Of a DNA stretch of 64,000 bases, positions 1 to 17,999 are shown piece by piece. This DNA is from Paraspadella gotoi (lineage: Eukaryota > Animalia > Chaetognatha), in contig CM119263.1 in assembly GCA_051294375.1 (NCBI GenBank), positions 24,429,177 to 24,493,176 on the forward strand, read 5' to 3'. The translations under genes and the position numbers were made by a program. The notes beneath the pieces were generated by a model, which was not told where the DNA came from, did no database searches, and saw nothing but the letters and a program-made list of their open reading frames with translations. Position 1 is the first letter of the stretch; every line of letters begins with the position of its first letter.

Positions 1-266
1 AAAAGTTCTTTTGTTGCTTATTAGCCGAAAATAAGCTATAAAAACTAATAACACACTGAAAACAACTTAGATTAAGTTTCTGTGTAGCATTAAAGTTTTG
101 TTATTGCGTACAACACCCTCTTCAGTTAATTAAAATAGTTTTAGTCAGGCTGACTTTTTCGCTTAATTTCTTAATTTATACGTGATCCGCAAGTTATTAT
201 TCTTTAAACTGAAACTTTGAACAGAACGCTCCTCCGTTCCCGTCGTTTTCCCACCCACATAACAAG

Positions 267-681
267 AAATACTTACTTGGACGCCTCCCCGTTCCACGGC
301 GTTATTGCGAATGATAAACCCGCGAACGGAAAAACGCTTAGGAGTCCCGCTGCACTTCTCCAAATTGCGTCGCCACCCCATCGTGCACCGTTTCGTCGTC
401 GTCGTCCGTATATTGTCTCGCCTTTCCCGATCTTGCCGGCTTCCGCTAGACTGCCGCTGAGCGCGACGATCCCTCCGCCGCCCGGAAGGTCCCGCCCCTC
501 TTCAAGATCCAGTCTCAACTCTGGAAACCGTTTTGAAGGCGCAAATTAAAGCTCAATCGGAGGAACGCGATTCCTCGGCCAATGAGTTCAACACAATGCG
601 GTCCCGCGCAAAGTGGAGAGTGATTGTGGGGGCGGGAGAGAGACGGAGATGAGAGAAGAGGAGAGTAGAGAGAGAGGAGAG

Positions 682-716
<35 letters not shown>

Positions 717-3700
717 TCGATGGAGCGCAGAGATATCGGAAGGAGAGTGAGGGAAGTAAGAAAGGCAACGGGGAAACAGAACAGCAATTGTGATTTAGCG
801 GAAGGGATTTTCGATTAGAATTATAGATAAACATAGAAAATTAAAAAAATTGATATCAAGAACCAGTTAAACACCGAGACCACTTAAGAAGAGTCGGGAA
901 TTGTCTGGTCCAGCGAAGGAATCAATTGTGGGATATTCAAGTAATTTAGTTGGGTCTTCGCACCGATGTAACATCGAACGAAAAAACCATATTTCGTAGT
1001 TCCAGCAACAGCTTTTAACTTCATAGAAACAAATTGCGTTCTAAATATGGAGTAACCAGCTCGCGTTTCCTTCTGGTTTAATCTACACGGTAAGCGCGGT
1101 GGCTTTTTGAAAACACCCAAAAACAAAGGGAATGGAATTAGATGCCAGATAAGGAGAAGACAACCGTCGAATTGGTTTTTTGGGGGGGGCGTGGAAAGAA
1201 GGGGTGGCGAAAGTGGAAAGGAAAATATGCAAGAGGAAGGGGAGACGGAGAAATGAGGAAAAAAAGGAAGAAAGGAGGAAAATAAATCCGGAGGAAAAGT
1301 TTTATAAAAACTAAACTTTGCACTCTGGAGGGAAAATCATTGGAAAAAAAGAAAGAAGGGGCAAGAAAGAAAACTCTCCTATTATAATTCAGGAGGGAAA
1401 AAAACCCGAGAACAGCGGCGGGAAAAAAATATGATGGGTGAGAGAAAGAAAAGATGGGTGAGGAAAAGAAAAGGAAGGTACGGAGTTGAAAAAAAAGGAA
1501 GGAAGGAGAGGAAAAAATAACTCTGCGCCGAGAGAAAATTCGCTGATAGGAAGGAAAAAATACGAAGAGAACGATGGCGAATTTTCCGGTTCTTTCCTCT
1601 TGCCTTCATTGCTGCCCGTGACCCCACACCGGTTGCTAGCATATGAAGATTAAATTATTGTGACCGCGAGATTAAATATGGCGCTATTTCTCTCCCCACG
1701 CTCGCCGCTTGTAGTATCCTTATTTTTTTTCTCTTCTTTTTTTTTAACACTTTCGTGCCTCCGTTGATTTTTTAAAAAGTTGGTTTTTGTATTTTTTTCC
1801 TTTTCCTCAGTTGTTGTTTACCACGGCCGACCACAAAAGGGGTAAGTGGCTTTCCCTCTCCTCTTCCTCTCTCCGTTCTCTTCTCTCTCTCTCTCCTCTC
1901 TCGTCTTCTCTCTTTCTACTCTCTCTCTCTCTCGCCCCTTTTTCGTTTTCCTGTCGGCCTATAAAAAATTATTAATTTTTTCGTCCGTGTTTTGCTTTTA
2001 AATTCGCGGAGGATGCGCTCCCTCCTTAAAATCTTCCTCCTTTTTCCCCTCCGTTATCTAATACTGCTCATCTCTCTCCTCTCTCTCCGTCTCTCTTTCA
2101 TTCATCTCCGATTTTACGATTTTATTCATCGGAAAAAAAAATTTATTCGAACAAAATTATTGAGGAATATTTCGTTTTATTTCATATTCTCTTTTTCTTT
2201 CAATAATTTTAGCTGAAAAGCTCGTCGTTTTTATTGATGATAATTTTATATTAAATAGAAATTAAGGCATAAGATTTTTGAAATTTTATTTCACCAACTT
2301 CCCAACACCACCAAAAAGAACGAACTGTATTATTTTTTTATCATTTTTTATCATTTAATCATCCTTTATCCGTTGCTCATTTGTTTCCTCGTCTTTTTTC
2401 CCCCCGCTAAGTCCTCGGCGCCCCTTGCGGTCGACGACGACGACGACGTCAACGACGACGAGGAAGTGACCCAACCCGAGATCGTGACAAACGCGCCGAC
2501 GTCTCTCCCTCTGCAGCAAGAGTTGCGGCGCGAAGCCGAGACTCTGGAGAGCAAGGACAAGCGGCGTCGGGACAAGGACAAGAAGGGCGACAGGGACAAG
2601 AGACGAAGAGGCGAGAAATCTCACCACCACCATCACCACCATCACCACCACCACCACCATCGCCACCATCACCGAGAACGACGCGACGATCGCGCCGTCG
2701 CCGACGCCGCCGACGCCGGAGACGCCGATTCGACGCCGTCGACGCCGCGACGCGACGCCGCCTCAAGACTGAGAGGAGAGAGAGGGGCGGCGTCGTCGGA
2801 GGAGGAAGAGGAAGAGGAGGAAGAGGGATGGGATTCGACGACCTCCTCGACTCCAGGGGACGGCCTCTCCTCCACCGACGCCTCCTCCATCGAATACATC
2901 AACTTCGTCGGCCGAGACGTCGATCCTCGATACGCCGCCAAGGGAGACATCTACTGGGCGCCTTCGCAGCAACAGCAGCTCCAGCTTCAGCTACTGCATC
3001 AGCAGCAACAGCGAGCGGAGGCGGCGGCGGCGACGGAGAAGACGTCGGACGGGAATCATCTCGGCCGAATTGGGAAGAGGATCTTCGACAAGTTGACGGG
3101 AAAGTCGGTGAGCGACGCGGGGCAGCAGCAGCAGCAGCAACAGCCGCTGCATCTTCACAATCACCTCAAGACTCATCACCCGAATCACCACCCCGAGGCA
3201 GAAGAAGCCAAGTCGAAAAACTCCTCGCCGTCGTTTAAGTTTTCTGGTGAGAGTTTTTGGGGAGAACGAAAAATAAATAAATTTATACGAATATCGTTAA
3301 ATTTCCTATGAAAAGAACTCAAAAAACTTTTAAAAAATCCATGAATTTCAAAGTTTTGCGATGAAAATCTTCAAGTTTTAACTAAAGGAATTCCGCTTAG
3401 TTGCCATGAGAGACTAAATTTTGCTGTCGTCGAGAATACGTTTAAGTTTGATGGTTATGACTTTGTTTGGATGCTTATTACGTTGCGACATAAAATATCA
3501 CATTGTAGCCAGTTCATCCATTCATCCGTTCTCCCTCTCAACCCCTCGACCCCGACCTCCAACAGTCCGCGGACTCGATCAACGCATCCCCCTCTTCGGC
3601 TCCTCCTCTCCCGGCGACCTCCCTTCCGGCTACCGGACGATCACCGTCAACAAGAGTCTTCGTCACTCCGTCGCCGATCCGGAACTGGCGCCTCGCATCG

Positions 3701-4795
3701 TCAACCAGGAGACGATGACGATCCAGCGTCACCCGAGGCACGCCCACCGTCACGACGCGCCCGGCCACTCTCCGCCGCCTTATCACCGCGGCCTCTTTCG
3801 GGGCGGCGGCGGAGGAGGAGCCACGCCCACTCACACGCCGACGAAGACGCGGCAGGCGTCGCGCGAGTATCGACGCGTCGTCGGCAACTCGGAATTCTTC
3901 TACCCCGGGGTCGGGATCCCGTTCGGCGGGGAAGGGGAGGAGGAGGAAGGGGAGGAGGAAGAAGGGGAGGAGAGGAGGAGGAGAGCGGACATTATGTACG
4001 CGGATCCTAAAGACGCCGTCGCGAGGAGAAACTTTTTTACCAATAACACGCTCACCATTTCTAAGGTAAAGAGGAGAGTTGGAGGGGGAAAAAGGAGGAA
4101 GTCGTTGCTGAATGTAAATATTTCTTAATTATTTAAGCTAAATCTGAGAGTAGTAATATGTTCTCTTTTATATTCTCCCGGTTATAACATTGGAACTCAT
4201 TTGCCTTGCTGTTATTATTTGGATTGATTCAACCGTGTTGAATTCAAAATTTTAAACGCATTTTGATTTTAATAAAAAATAAATAAATTTAACTTAATAA
4301 AAATGTACATTTCCGAGGGCGGTGACCCAGTGAAATTCACAATAAAGACACACGAGGAAGGCTTTCTCACAATGACACCCCCTCCCTTTCCTCGCGTCAA
4401 CCCACCAGGCCGACCTTTCCAATCCTGACTCTTCCGTCGAATCCGACTCCCGCATCCCTCAACGAAACCTTCGAATCGATCGTCAAAGCGGCAATGGGTC
4501 TCTTCCCTCGCGCTCACGCCGACCCTCCCGCGATCAAACGCTTATCGCGCGTGACAGCGACGCCGCTCGCGCCGCCGCTGCAGCCTCAGCCGCCGCCGAC
4601 AACGACGCCGCCATCGCCGAAGCCTTTGCAAAACAGCTAGTCGAGTCGCCCATGTCGTCGTCAGACAATCAGCTCGACAACGCCGCCGCGGACTCCGCCG
4701 TCAGCCTCCTCGACGCCATGCACAGGAGATATTGCGCGCAGCAGTACGACGAAGAAGAGCTGAGCTTGATGGAGGAGGCTGGAGTAAGGGAGAAG
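267..4795 (+). CDS. Multi-exon low-complexity protein, segment A (5' end outside window, 3' continuation unresolved); poly-His/Glu/Gln/Ala tracts and many Tyr motifs
   Basis: Exons 267-619 (needs a 1-nt frameshift near 480), 2412-3246, 3566-4065 and 4409-4795 have AG/GT boundaries and compatible phases (0,1,0). The reading gives ...TLETVLKAQIKAQSEE..., H13RH3, EYINF, DIYWAP, IMYADP, ...AGVREK. No recognisable folded domain. Confidence 0.7.
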
Positions 4796-5143
4796 GTGAG
4801 TTTTGGGGCTTGGGTAAAGGGAGAAGAGATTTTAAAAAAAGAAAAGAAAAAAGTATGAGAAGCTGTGGGGTCGGTGAAACAATTAGATGCCTTTTTTAAA
4901 TAAGAACATATACTGAGAAAAAAGAAAAAGACAAGGAGAATATCTTCGTAAAAGGACGTCATTAAAAAGTTATAAAACAACAGTTAAAAGAAGGACCGTT
5001 TATAAACATAGTGATTATAAAGAGCCTAATAGGAAAACATGAAATAATAAAACAGGGGCACGCCTCGAAGTCAGATAAAACATTTACTTCTTACAGTAGC
5101 AGCATCAGAGTATAAAAAAAATTGAGAAATGATTATTCCGCAG

Positions 5144-5167
5144 CGTAAGGGTGAATTACATTTCGAG
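5144..5167 (+). CDS. Candidate 24-nt phase 0-0 microexon (RKGELHFE) of segment A
   Basis: ttattccgcag|cgtaagggtgaattacatttcgag|gtgagt: consensus donor, modest acceptor, in phase with the exon ending at 4795. Confidence 0.4.
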
Positions 5168-6085
5168 GTGAGTTAAAATAATCAGGATCTGATCCTCGTC
5201 CGAAGGTTCAACTAGAAACGAGGTTAAATCGTCGGCGCGGAATGAAGTAGATCACCCCGCGGCGAAGGAGAAATTGGGTGAAATCTCACCAGCGTCTTCG
5301 CCGTCCACTTTTCTTGATTAACTTTGGAAAGAGGGTTGAAGAGTTTTTTTTTAGACGTGGGGTGCGAAGAACAATTGGGGTGAGGGAGAATGAGAGGTGA
5401 GGTTAAAAACGGGAGAGGTTGGAGGATTGACGAGATGAGTTGCTCACTGCTCAGGTGGTGAGGAACTTGCGCAGATGAGCTCGAGCAGGTTAAAGGGTCA
5501 TGGACACGAGAGAGGGAGCGATCTCGGTCGCGATCTCGGTCTCGATCTCGGTTGTGGTTTTGGACGAAGAGGGGAAAAGTAGCTTTTCGTTATAACTAAA
5601 AATAAACCGCGGAAGTAAGAATCTTTAAACGGTCGTCGGCGCGAAAGATCCGGCTGTAACATATCTTCTCGTGGCATCCATGGAGCGATAACGCGGTCAT
5701 AAATCGCCCTCTAAACTGGCCGCCTCAACGCCCGTTGACAGGAACGTTGATTCGGTTTCCAACAAGTGCCATTCACGCCGCGATAAACTCTGCTGTAAAT
5801 TCTCAATGCGGCGAGCGCCGGGCCTCGAGGATCCGGATGTTAATCCTCAGACAGTAGGAAGAAGACCCGTATGTAAATCGTCTTGGTGATGAGCGGAACG
5901 AGAGCAGCTAGCACCGAGAAATCAATCGGGTTCTTCTAAAGCGTTTTCGGCACTCGGCAGTAAGCAAGCATCCTGATTACTGATATGAGATTTCTGTGAA
6001 TTATATATCATCAGTATCATCACTGAGAAAATCTGAAAAATTGTAATTAATGACCACTATTTTTATGGCGACATGGGACCTGGGA

Positions 6086-10650
<4,565 letters not shown>

Positions 10651-10976
10651 CGACGATAAATTATTGACATTTTATTGTCTCTCTCGTTTATTCGAAAGTG
10701 AAATCCATTCGGATAGTATCACACACCTGCGGTGCATGCGTCACAAATCGTTAAAACGCAAGAACGGAGGAAGACGCATCTTGGATTCTCTTTCGCCACC
10801 GAAAATCCTCAAGAGTTCTTTAATTTTTAAAGGGCGACCGTCGACCGAGTTAACAAAGTCGACCACTGGCGACGACAAACGGGGAAAAGCGGCGAAAAAA
10901 CAAATTGGCAAAGCGAATGTCGTTGGGGACTTGGGAGAGGATGCAACGAAAAAGAGAGGAATCAGATGAGGAGGAA

Positions 10977-11051
<75 letters not shown>

Positions 11052-11377
11052 AGGAAAAGAAAAACGTAAAAAAAAGAAGATTTAGATTCTCCCTCTCTTC
11101 TCATCTTTCGGATACAAAACAAAAAGGTCAACGTCGTAAGTCTTCATAACAAGGAAAAAAGGATATGAGAGGAAAGAGGGAATGAGACTCTCGAAACAGG
11201 TTCAAAGGTCAGATCGAAACAAGTTACCTTTAGAAACGTTTCGTTCCTCTCAATTTGAGAACCCTGAGTTTGTTGATGACTCGAAGTTGAAAAAAACTCG
11301 GACTGGCAATAAAAAAAAGGGGCTAGAAAATAAAAACGTGAAAGATAGAGAGCGAGTGTGTGATTAAGTGAGAACAG

Positions 11378-11415
<38 letters not shown>

Positions 11416-12551
11416 NNNNNNNNNNNNNNNNGTTTTTTTTCGCTTTGACTTCGTTCGTTTTTTTCGTTTCGTTATCATCGCCGACATAAGTTTCTGTCGT
11501 CGTTGTTGTTCCAGTCTTCTCCACCGTTTTTTGGTTATTTTTTTAAAAAATTTTATTTTAATAATCAGTGGTTCTTACCTCCTTTCTTCAAACTTTTGCG
11601 ATATGAATCCAGAAGGTTTCTTGAAAAAAAAAAGTGGAGAAAAACCAGGGTTTGAACCCGGCATCCGTTCACTCCCAAAGACTTTAAACTTACTTCAACC
11701 CAACCCTTATCCTCGTCACAGCCCATTGCCCCGACGGTCGTCGACTTTCATCGTCGTGGATTTCGAAGTTCTTACGATCTTCCACCGTCGTTATAAAGGT
11801 TCAAGGATTTTTTCAATGGGTTGTTTACGTTACGAGGGAACCCGGTTATTGCGACGGGATAACAATGGGGACGCGATCTCGGTCGAGGTTTTAACTTGGG
11901 GAGGGGGGGGCTAGTAGGGGGGGGGAGTGGAGGGGAGCGTGGAGCGCGAGATGGGGCTGTTGTGAGCGAAAGTATTAGACGGTTCGGCGATAATGTTCCA
12001 GGTGCCGTCTAACGGATAACAATTGACTTTTAGCGAGACGACACAACGCGACGCGCGACAGACCGCGGAATGAAACGATACGATACGTCATCTCCGATGA
12101 ATCATACTTGGAAATGTCTTTATGGGAGCCCCGTTTTCAATAATGAAAAAACCCTTAAATTGAAGAGAAATTTTTATTTGGCTTTAAAAATTTACTTGTT
12201 TCAAATGCTGTTGGTTACACACACATGTAAGGGCAAAATAAATAATTCAAAACTCATGTTACAAAGCCTTGAAGGATGATGACACAGGAGTAGCAGTCGG
12301 ATGTACCGTTCTTGGGAACTCGCACAATAATTGAGTATTTTATTTTAAAATAAAAAAAATATTTTTATTTTTATTACGGGCATAAAATAGATAAAAAAAA
12401 AACAAATCAGCCAACCTCCAAGCACCGCGACGATTCCCGGCACAGATTAGTTGAGATTGAAAAAGAGAAAACAGAAAAGAATGCTGTTATTGATAATTCG
12501 CCCGCGGGGCTCGATTGTAATCTACTTCCCCCCCCCCTCTCCCTCTGCCAG

Positions 12552-15500
12552 GACGAAGCAGCCGGAGATCATCCGACGGTCGATACGCGGCCGCCGATCG
12601 GACCGCCGGCGACCGGGCGGCGGAACCCAAGAAAAAGGCGCAGATGGTCGACATGGGAACGCAGGTGCGATCGTCGCGCCGCCACCGTCTGCGGGAACAC
12701 GGGAAAAGAAAGGAGCGCGCCGACGCGGCCAGGAAAAACAAAGGAGCATCGGCGACGATCGAGGAAGAGACGAAGACTCGTCGAGGATCCGACGGCGACG
12801 AAGGCGAAGCGTCGACGACGAAGACGGCGAAGGACGCCAAGGAGGCCACCTACGCCAAAGTCGTCAAGAAGAGGAGCAGAAACTCCGCCGCCGCCGGAAC
12901 CGACGCGTCGGCGACTCTGGCGGCGTCGACGGCCGCCGGGGAAAACGGAAACGACAACAACAACCACCGACGCGGCGACAACAACGACAACCACCTCATT
13001 ACCGAGAAAAGGTAACGACACCGACGTCGACGACGACTCGAGAGACTGTTAAAGGCGAAAGGGAAAAAAAATGGCGCGTCGGCGGAATAATGACAAATTG
13101 GATTTTTGTTTGACAATTAGCGGGTAACGACAAGCGGTAGCGAGGAAAAAAAATGGGGGGTGAGTTGTTTTGAGGGGGGGGAAGGGGGGGTAGAGCTGAC
13201 GTCGGGGGAGAAAGTTTGAGGAATGAGCAAGCTCACCGAGCGTGAAAAACGGAAGGTGAAAAATATGGGAAAAGAAGGAAAGAAGTGTGGTGGTAAAACT
13301 TAAAGTCGCCTCGTCACTGGTCGAGCTTGCTAAATCATCTTGTTCCTGGGTTTATATCCCGTTATGTGACAGATCCGGTTTAACCAACCCAGTAAAGGGA
13401 GGCGATCATTGAGGTTCCGCAGCTCATACGCCAGTTTGTGAGATATCCCGTTGCGAGGCTGCCATTTTCAGGTTGGGGGTAAACATGTGAGAGAAACGAT
13501 TAAATACGAAGGGATTTAACGAAAATAAAGTATAAAAACCCAGGAGGCGAGAATGAGATAAAAAGAGAGTCGAAGGCGAGGAAAGTGTGGGAACGAGCGA
13601 AGTGGAAGGCGGGAAAAAAATAGAGAAATGAAGGCAAAGCCGGTGGAAAGAAAGACTGAATGTGATTGAAGAATAAAGACTCGCTGCGATTGTATAAAGG
13701 TAATTGAACTATCAGATGGGAATTTAAGATTATATGGATACAATAAAGAGAAAACATCTCGATCTTGATACAGTTGAAGTTGTGCCATGATTGTGTAAAA
13801 AAAAGAAAAAGGTATAGAAACATAGTAAAAAATAGAGAAGACTTAGTGTTTATAAAAAATACGAAGAGAACTGTTAACAGAAAAGCAATCGCCGCAAAAT
13901 AAGAAACTCGTTTTTACAATGTTTGCCAAGAGAAAATATAACCTCGGGATAACAGTCTTCGTCCTCATCCACCCCAAACCATTAGGGAATAATAATAATA
14001 AAAATAATAATAATTTCTCTCTCTCTCTCTCTCTCTCTGTGTCGAAAAAGCGTAAGACTCGTTCTCAAGGTTTCTCTGCGCAGTTGGAATCATGTTTGCG
14101 AGAACGAAGAGAAATAAATCTCCGAATTTAACCCGCGCGCGAACCTTCCTCTCTCTCTCTCGCCAAAGGCGGGAAACGCCCACCGTTACGCCCGAGGATA
14201 TAACCCCATTGACCCGTCGCTCCTCCCGTTTTTTCTCTTATCCCTTCCCGATCCCCATTTCCCCCCAACCCCTTCCACATCCCAAGGTTCAGCGAACCGA
14301 CCCTTTCCAAGAAATCCACCAACGAACTGAAGAGAGAGGGAAAGACGGAGCCCGACTTGTCGGCCGAACGAAAACTGACGCCGGGGACGCCGACGACGAC
14401 CACGACGACGAGATCGGCCAAGTCCTGCGCCGGTTCGTCGTCCGTCGACCAAATGAATGTCGTCGAATATTTCAAGAACCTCGAGAATCAAATCAACCCC
14501 TCGTCCAGTCTCAACCGATTCCGGGCGCCGTTCGCGCTTGAGTCTAAGCGGGGACGCCGGGACGTCGGGTCCGAGAGCGGCGGCGCCGCCATGCCCACAA
14601 CGGCGTCGGACCCCGTCATCAACGACCTCGCCGACGAGCTCGACGACGAAGAGGACGTCCTGACGTCGTCGGGCATCTTGACGTCCGTCGTGACGTCGGT
14701 GGAGGCGGAGTTGACGAAGATGGCGACGATGGAGTTGGAGGAGATGAGGGAGACGGCCATCTTGGATTCGCCGAGAGACTCCGACTCGGTCTCGTCGGGA
14801 GGATCCTTTTCCAATTATATGAAGGTGAGATGGAGGCATGAAGATAGCGAGCGAGGAAAGAAAATGAGATTGTGAGTGGGCGGGAACAGAAAAGAAAGAG
14901 ACGGGAAAAGTAAAGATAGGATTAGCGTTTCTTATTTATAAAAATATCAGGATTAGGAAATTTATATCACAAGTTTGAGCACTGTCGCGTCTGCCGGCGA
15001 TAATTATTTTAATCAGTTAATCTGCTAACAAGTCACAAATATAATATCATATCATTTTGATTCCGAACGTTATTGTACTAAATGAAGATGGATTTTTGTC
15101 TGTCTGTCTCTATCAGTCTCGATCTTTTTCTTCCTGTTTTTTCTTTCTCTTTTTCTTTTTCCTCGTGTTTTTGTTTTCATTCATAAATGAATAAACGCAT
15201 TGAGGATTTATAATAAATCTTCAAGGATTTCATGAATTGAGGTCACGGATTTGCGAAGGAGGATGGCCGACTCCAGCGGAAATTGAAATCATGAAGGACA
15301 CAGGAAAATTAAAGAGAATCTTTAATCAAACTTGCATTTTTCTACATAGCTCCTCGCGCCAGGTCTACTACTGAGGCATTTCATCGTTTCGGCTTTTAAA
15401 CTAGCTAAAAACTATATGTAGGCTCAGATTGAGAAGAATCCCTCCCCCCCAGTTCGTCCTCTTTTGCATCCCACGGCTGCTCTTTTGTTGAAACCTGGAT

Positions 15501-16512
15501 CATAACCATATGGCACTAAGCTAAAGTTAAAAATTTAAATCGATTCATTCTCGTTTCCGACAGAATGCGCATGAGTTGAGACGGATTCATTTATTTACCG
15601 ATCGAGGCGATAAAACGCGATGGAATAGTGAAAGAGAGAAAGGAAAAGAAAGAGAAAGATTTCCAATTTTCAAAAACGTGTTTTTTCCGACGAAAGAAAC
15701 GGTGAGACAGAGAGGAAAATAATTACAAGGGAGAGAAAAGGGAAGAAAACCGATTTTTCAATCTTCATTCAAGCGAAATAACTCAAATAAGTTGTCTGGT
15801 TGTTTAGAACAAGAACTAAACCTTGAGCGTACTAATTATGTTTTCTGCTCAATGTACTACATTATAAAGTTAGATTTGCTCAATGTTCAGTGCTTTCTTG
15901 CCATATTGTCTCTCTCTCTCTCTCTCTCCCGCCTCGTCTCTCTTTCTCTCTCTCCTCGCCAACCCACTTGCCCTTTCTTCCTTGACTCTTTTCACACGTT
16001 CCTATTATATATCACATATCCTCCTTACCACATTTCCCCCACTTCCCCAGGACGCCTGCATCTCGCCCTACGAAGGTCTCTCCCCGCGCGCCTCCATCGC
16101 CGCGACGACCGGTCGCTCCCCCACCCCTTCAACCCTTCGCGGCCTCTCCCACGGGCTTCTGCCGCCTTTCGACTGGGAGATCGACCAGCAACTGCTGGAG
16201 GCGGCCTTGTCGCCCGACGATCTCGCGGCCTTCGAGGCGAGGTTCCTGCAGCCCAAAGTGCTGGAGTCGCGGACGGCGGACGAGCTCGAACTCGGCTCTA
16301 CCGCGCACCTGGCGGGAACAACGGGCAAGACTAAGGTGGTACCGACGACGACGGCTTCGAGGGCCAGGGTCGATTCGCTCGTCGACGGACCCTCGCCCTC
16401 CGTTCAAGTCAGGCGACAGGCGGTTTATCTTGCCCAAGGAGCTAACATCAGAAGTGCCACATATCCACCCAGAAAAGTGCTCCCAAAACTCATCAAGTAT
16501 CCATATCAATGA
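12552..16512 (+). CDS. Multi-exon low-complexity protein, segment B (3' part of A, or a separate gene possibly starting in exon 11722-11887)
   Basis: Exons 12552-13011, 14287-14824 and 16051-16512 have canonical splice sites and phases 2,0. Reads ...KEATYAKVVKK...RFSEPTLSKK...SNYMK|DACISPYEGL...LIKYPYQ*. Confidence 0.75.
13310..13455 (+). mobile_element. Diverged second copy of the 19727-19966 element family
   Basis: gttcctgggtttatatccc (B-box-like), then tgtga..cggtttaaccaacccagtaaagggaggcgatcattgaggttcc..cgccagtt..gagat, collinear with 19860-19950. Confidence 0.5.
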
Positions 16513-17999
16513 TGACCGCGAGAGGCGCTCGCGAAGAAAGCGAATCGTAAAAACAAAAGACTTAGCGGTTGTTGATCTCAAGCAGGGGGTGGTCGGACTT
16601 GTTCTGATCTGATTCTCGATTTAATCGCGAAAGAATACTAACTGGTCTGGTAAAACCCCTCTTCGGCTAATGATATTTTTTTTTGTGATTAAAATGCCCA
16701 CATCCGTATTTTAACACTTAAGGTTACACACGGTTATTTTTCAAAGTAAACAACATTTTCGCTAGAGATAAAAAATGATATTTATCATCTCATATTGGTA
16801 CATCCAATAATTAAATTATTAATTATGAAACTTATAATAATACTTATAAATCAACGAATCAAATATTAACAGCAAAATCGCAGAACAGATCAGGAAAGAA
16901 ACTCAGTGGCCGATTACAATTTTTTTTCCCTTGAGTGCGGATACAAGCTTACACAATTAAAAAAAAAATATGTTATCGTTCTATTTTTCTTTTTTTCAAA
17001 GGTGCTGTTTATAGTGTTGAATTACGCGTGATCTTCATTCATATCAGTGTGTGAGTCTGAGGCTAATTTGCAGGAGGACATCAATTTTCTTCGCCGATTG
17101 TTACGTGTAAAACAAAAATTAAAAGTTGCAGTGTCCGTTTTAAAAAAGACAAATTTTTTTCTTTTTGGTTTGTGTGAAAAGTTAAAGCATAACCATTCAT
17201 GATTAATGATTATTGTAGCGAAGTTTCACTTAATATTCTGTAAATTAATGTATATAATCTTTTGTAGCTGCCCAACACGGAAACCAGCGCTTCATTTGTC
17301 CAGCTGGCAGGAACTGCGAAGTAGTTCTTGGTACATTTAAAATATTTTAAATAAGTTCAACTTTGATTTCGTTTTCAATCTGTGTTGGGAAGTAAATATT
17401 ACTCCTCATAGGAGCTTGATACTTATAAAATAAATTCTTTCATATACTCAAATAACAACCGAATCTCTTTTGTAAGAATTTCAAACATCAAAATAAAACT
17501 AGCTAACTTCCAACAGTGAACACGTTCAACAAGAATCCTTAGTTTAGTATTTACGCCAAAAATAGAATAGGTTGAAACTCGAACTGTTGACAATCGTCTC
17601 CCAATGTTAATCCGACTCCATCTGGCGTGCCAAGGTCGCCGTTTTAATTAGCGCTCCTCCGAGAAAGGCGGTCGTAATTAAAAGAGGACAGTAAAAAGAG
17701 AGAAAGAGAGAATCCCCTTTCCTTTTTTTTTATCGGCCGGCCCAAAGACGATTCGGAGGATGGGAAAAGACTGGAAAGTTGCCTTTGTCTTCGTCGTCGT
17801 CGTTCATGAGCAAAATCAATGAGACGTAACAAAAAACGTGTCAAAAGACCATTTTAAGAATTGGTGCGTTTGGCCAAAGCTAAACTTCTAAGCTCTTTAA
17901 AGAAATTAAGGATTTCCCGTCAAAAAAATAAGGCTACTCGAATTGTATAGCTTTCGAACGCATGTTTGTCGCTCTGGCCCGCGCGCACAACGATAGTCT

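Noticed and set aside
2930-3000. DIYWAPS...LQLQL resembling juxtamembrane motif of some invertebrate receptor tyrosine kinases
   Set aside because: No kinase domain follows; similarity too short to assign.
5626-5999. - strand frame interrupted only by TGA codons (selenoprotein or recoding?)
   Set aside because: A second frame behaves the same way, which TA-dinucleotide scarcity explains. No Sec-type motif or SECIS seen, and neighbouring genes use TGA as stop.
11641-11680. tRNA T-arm-like ccgggttcaaaccctgg on - strand
   Set aside because: No acceptor stem or D-arm; at best a SINE remnant, not a tRNA gene.
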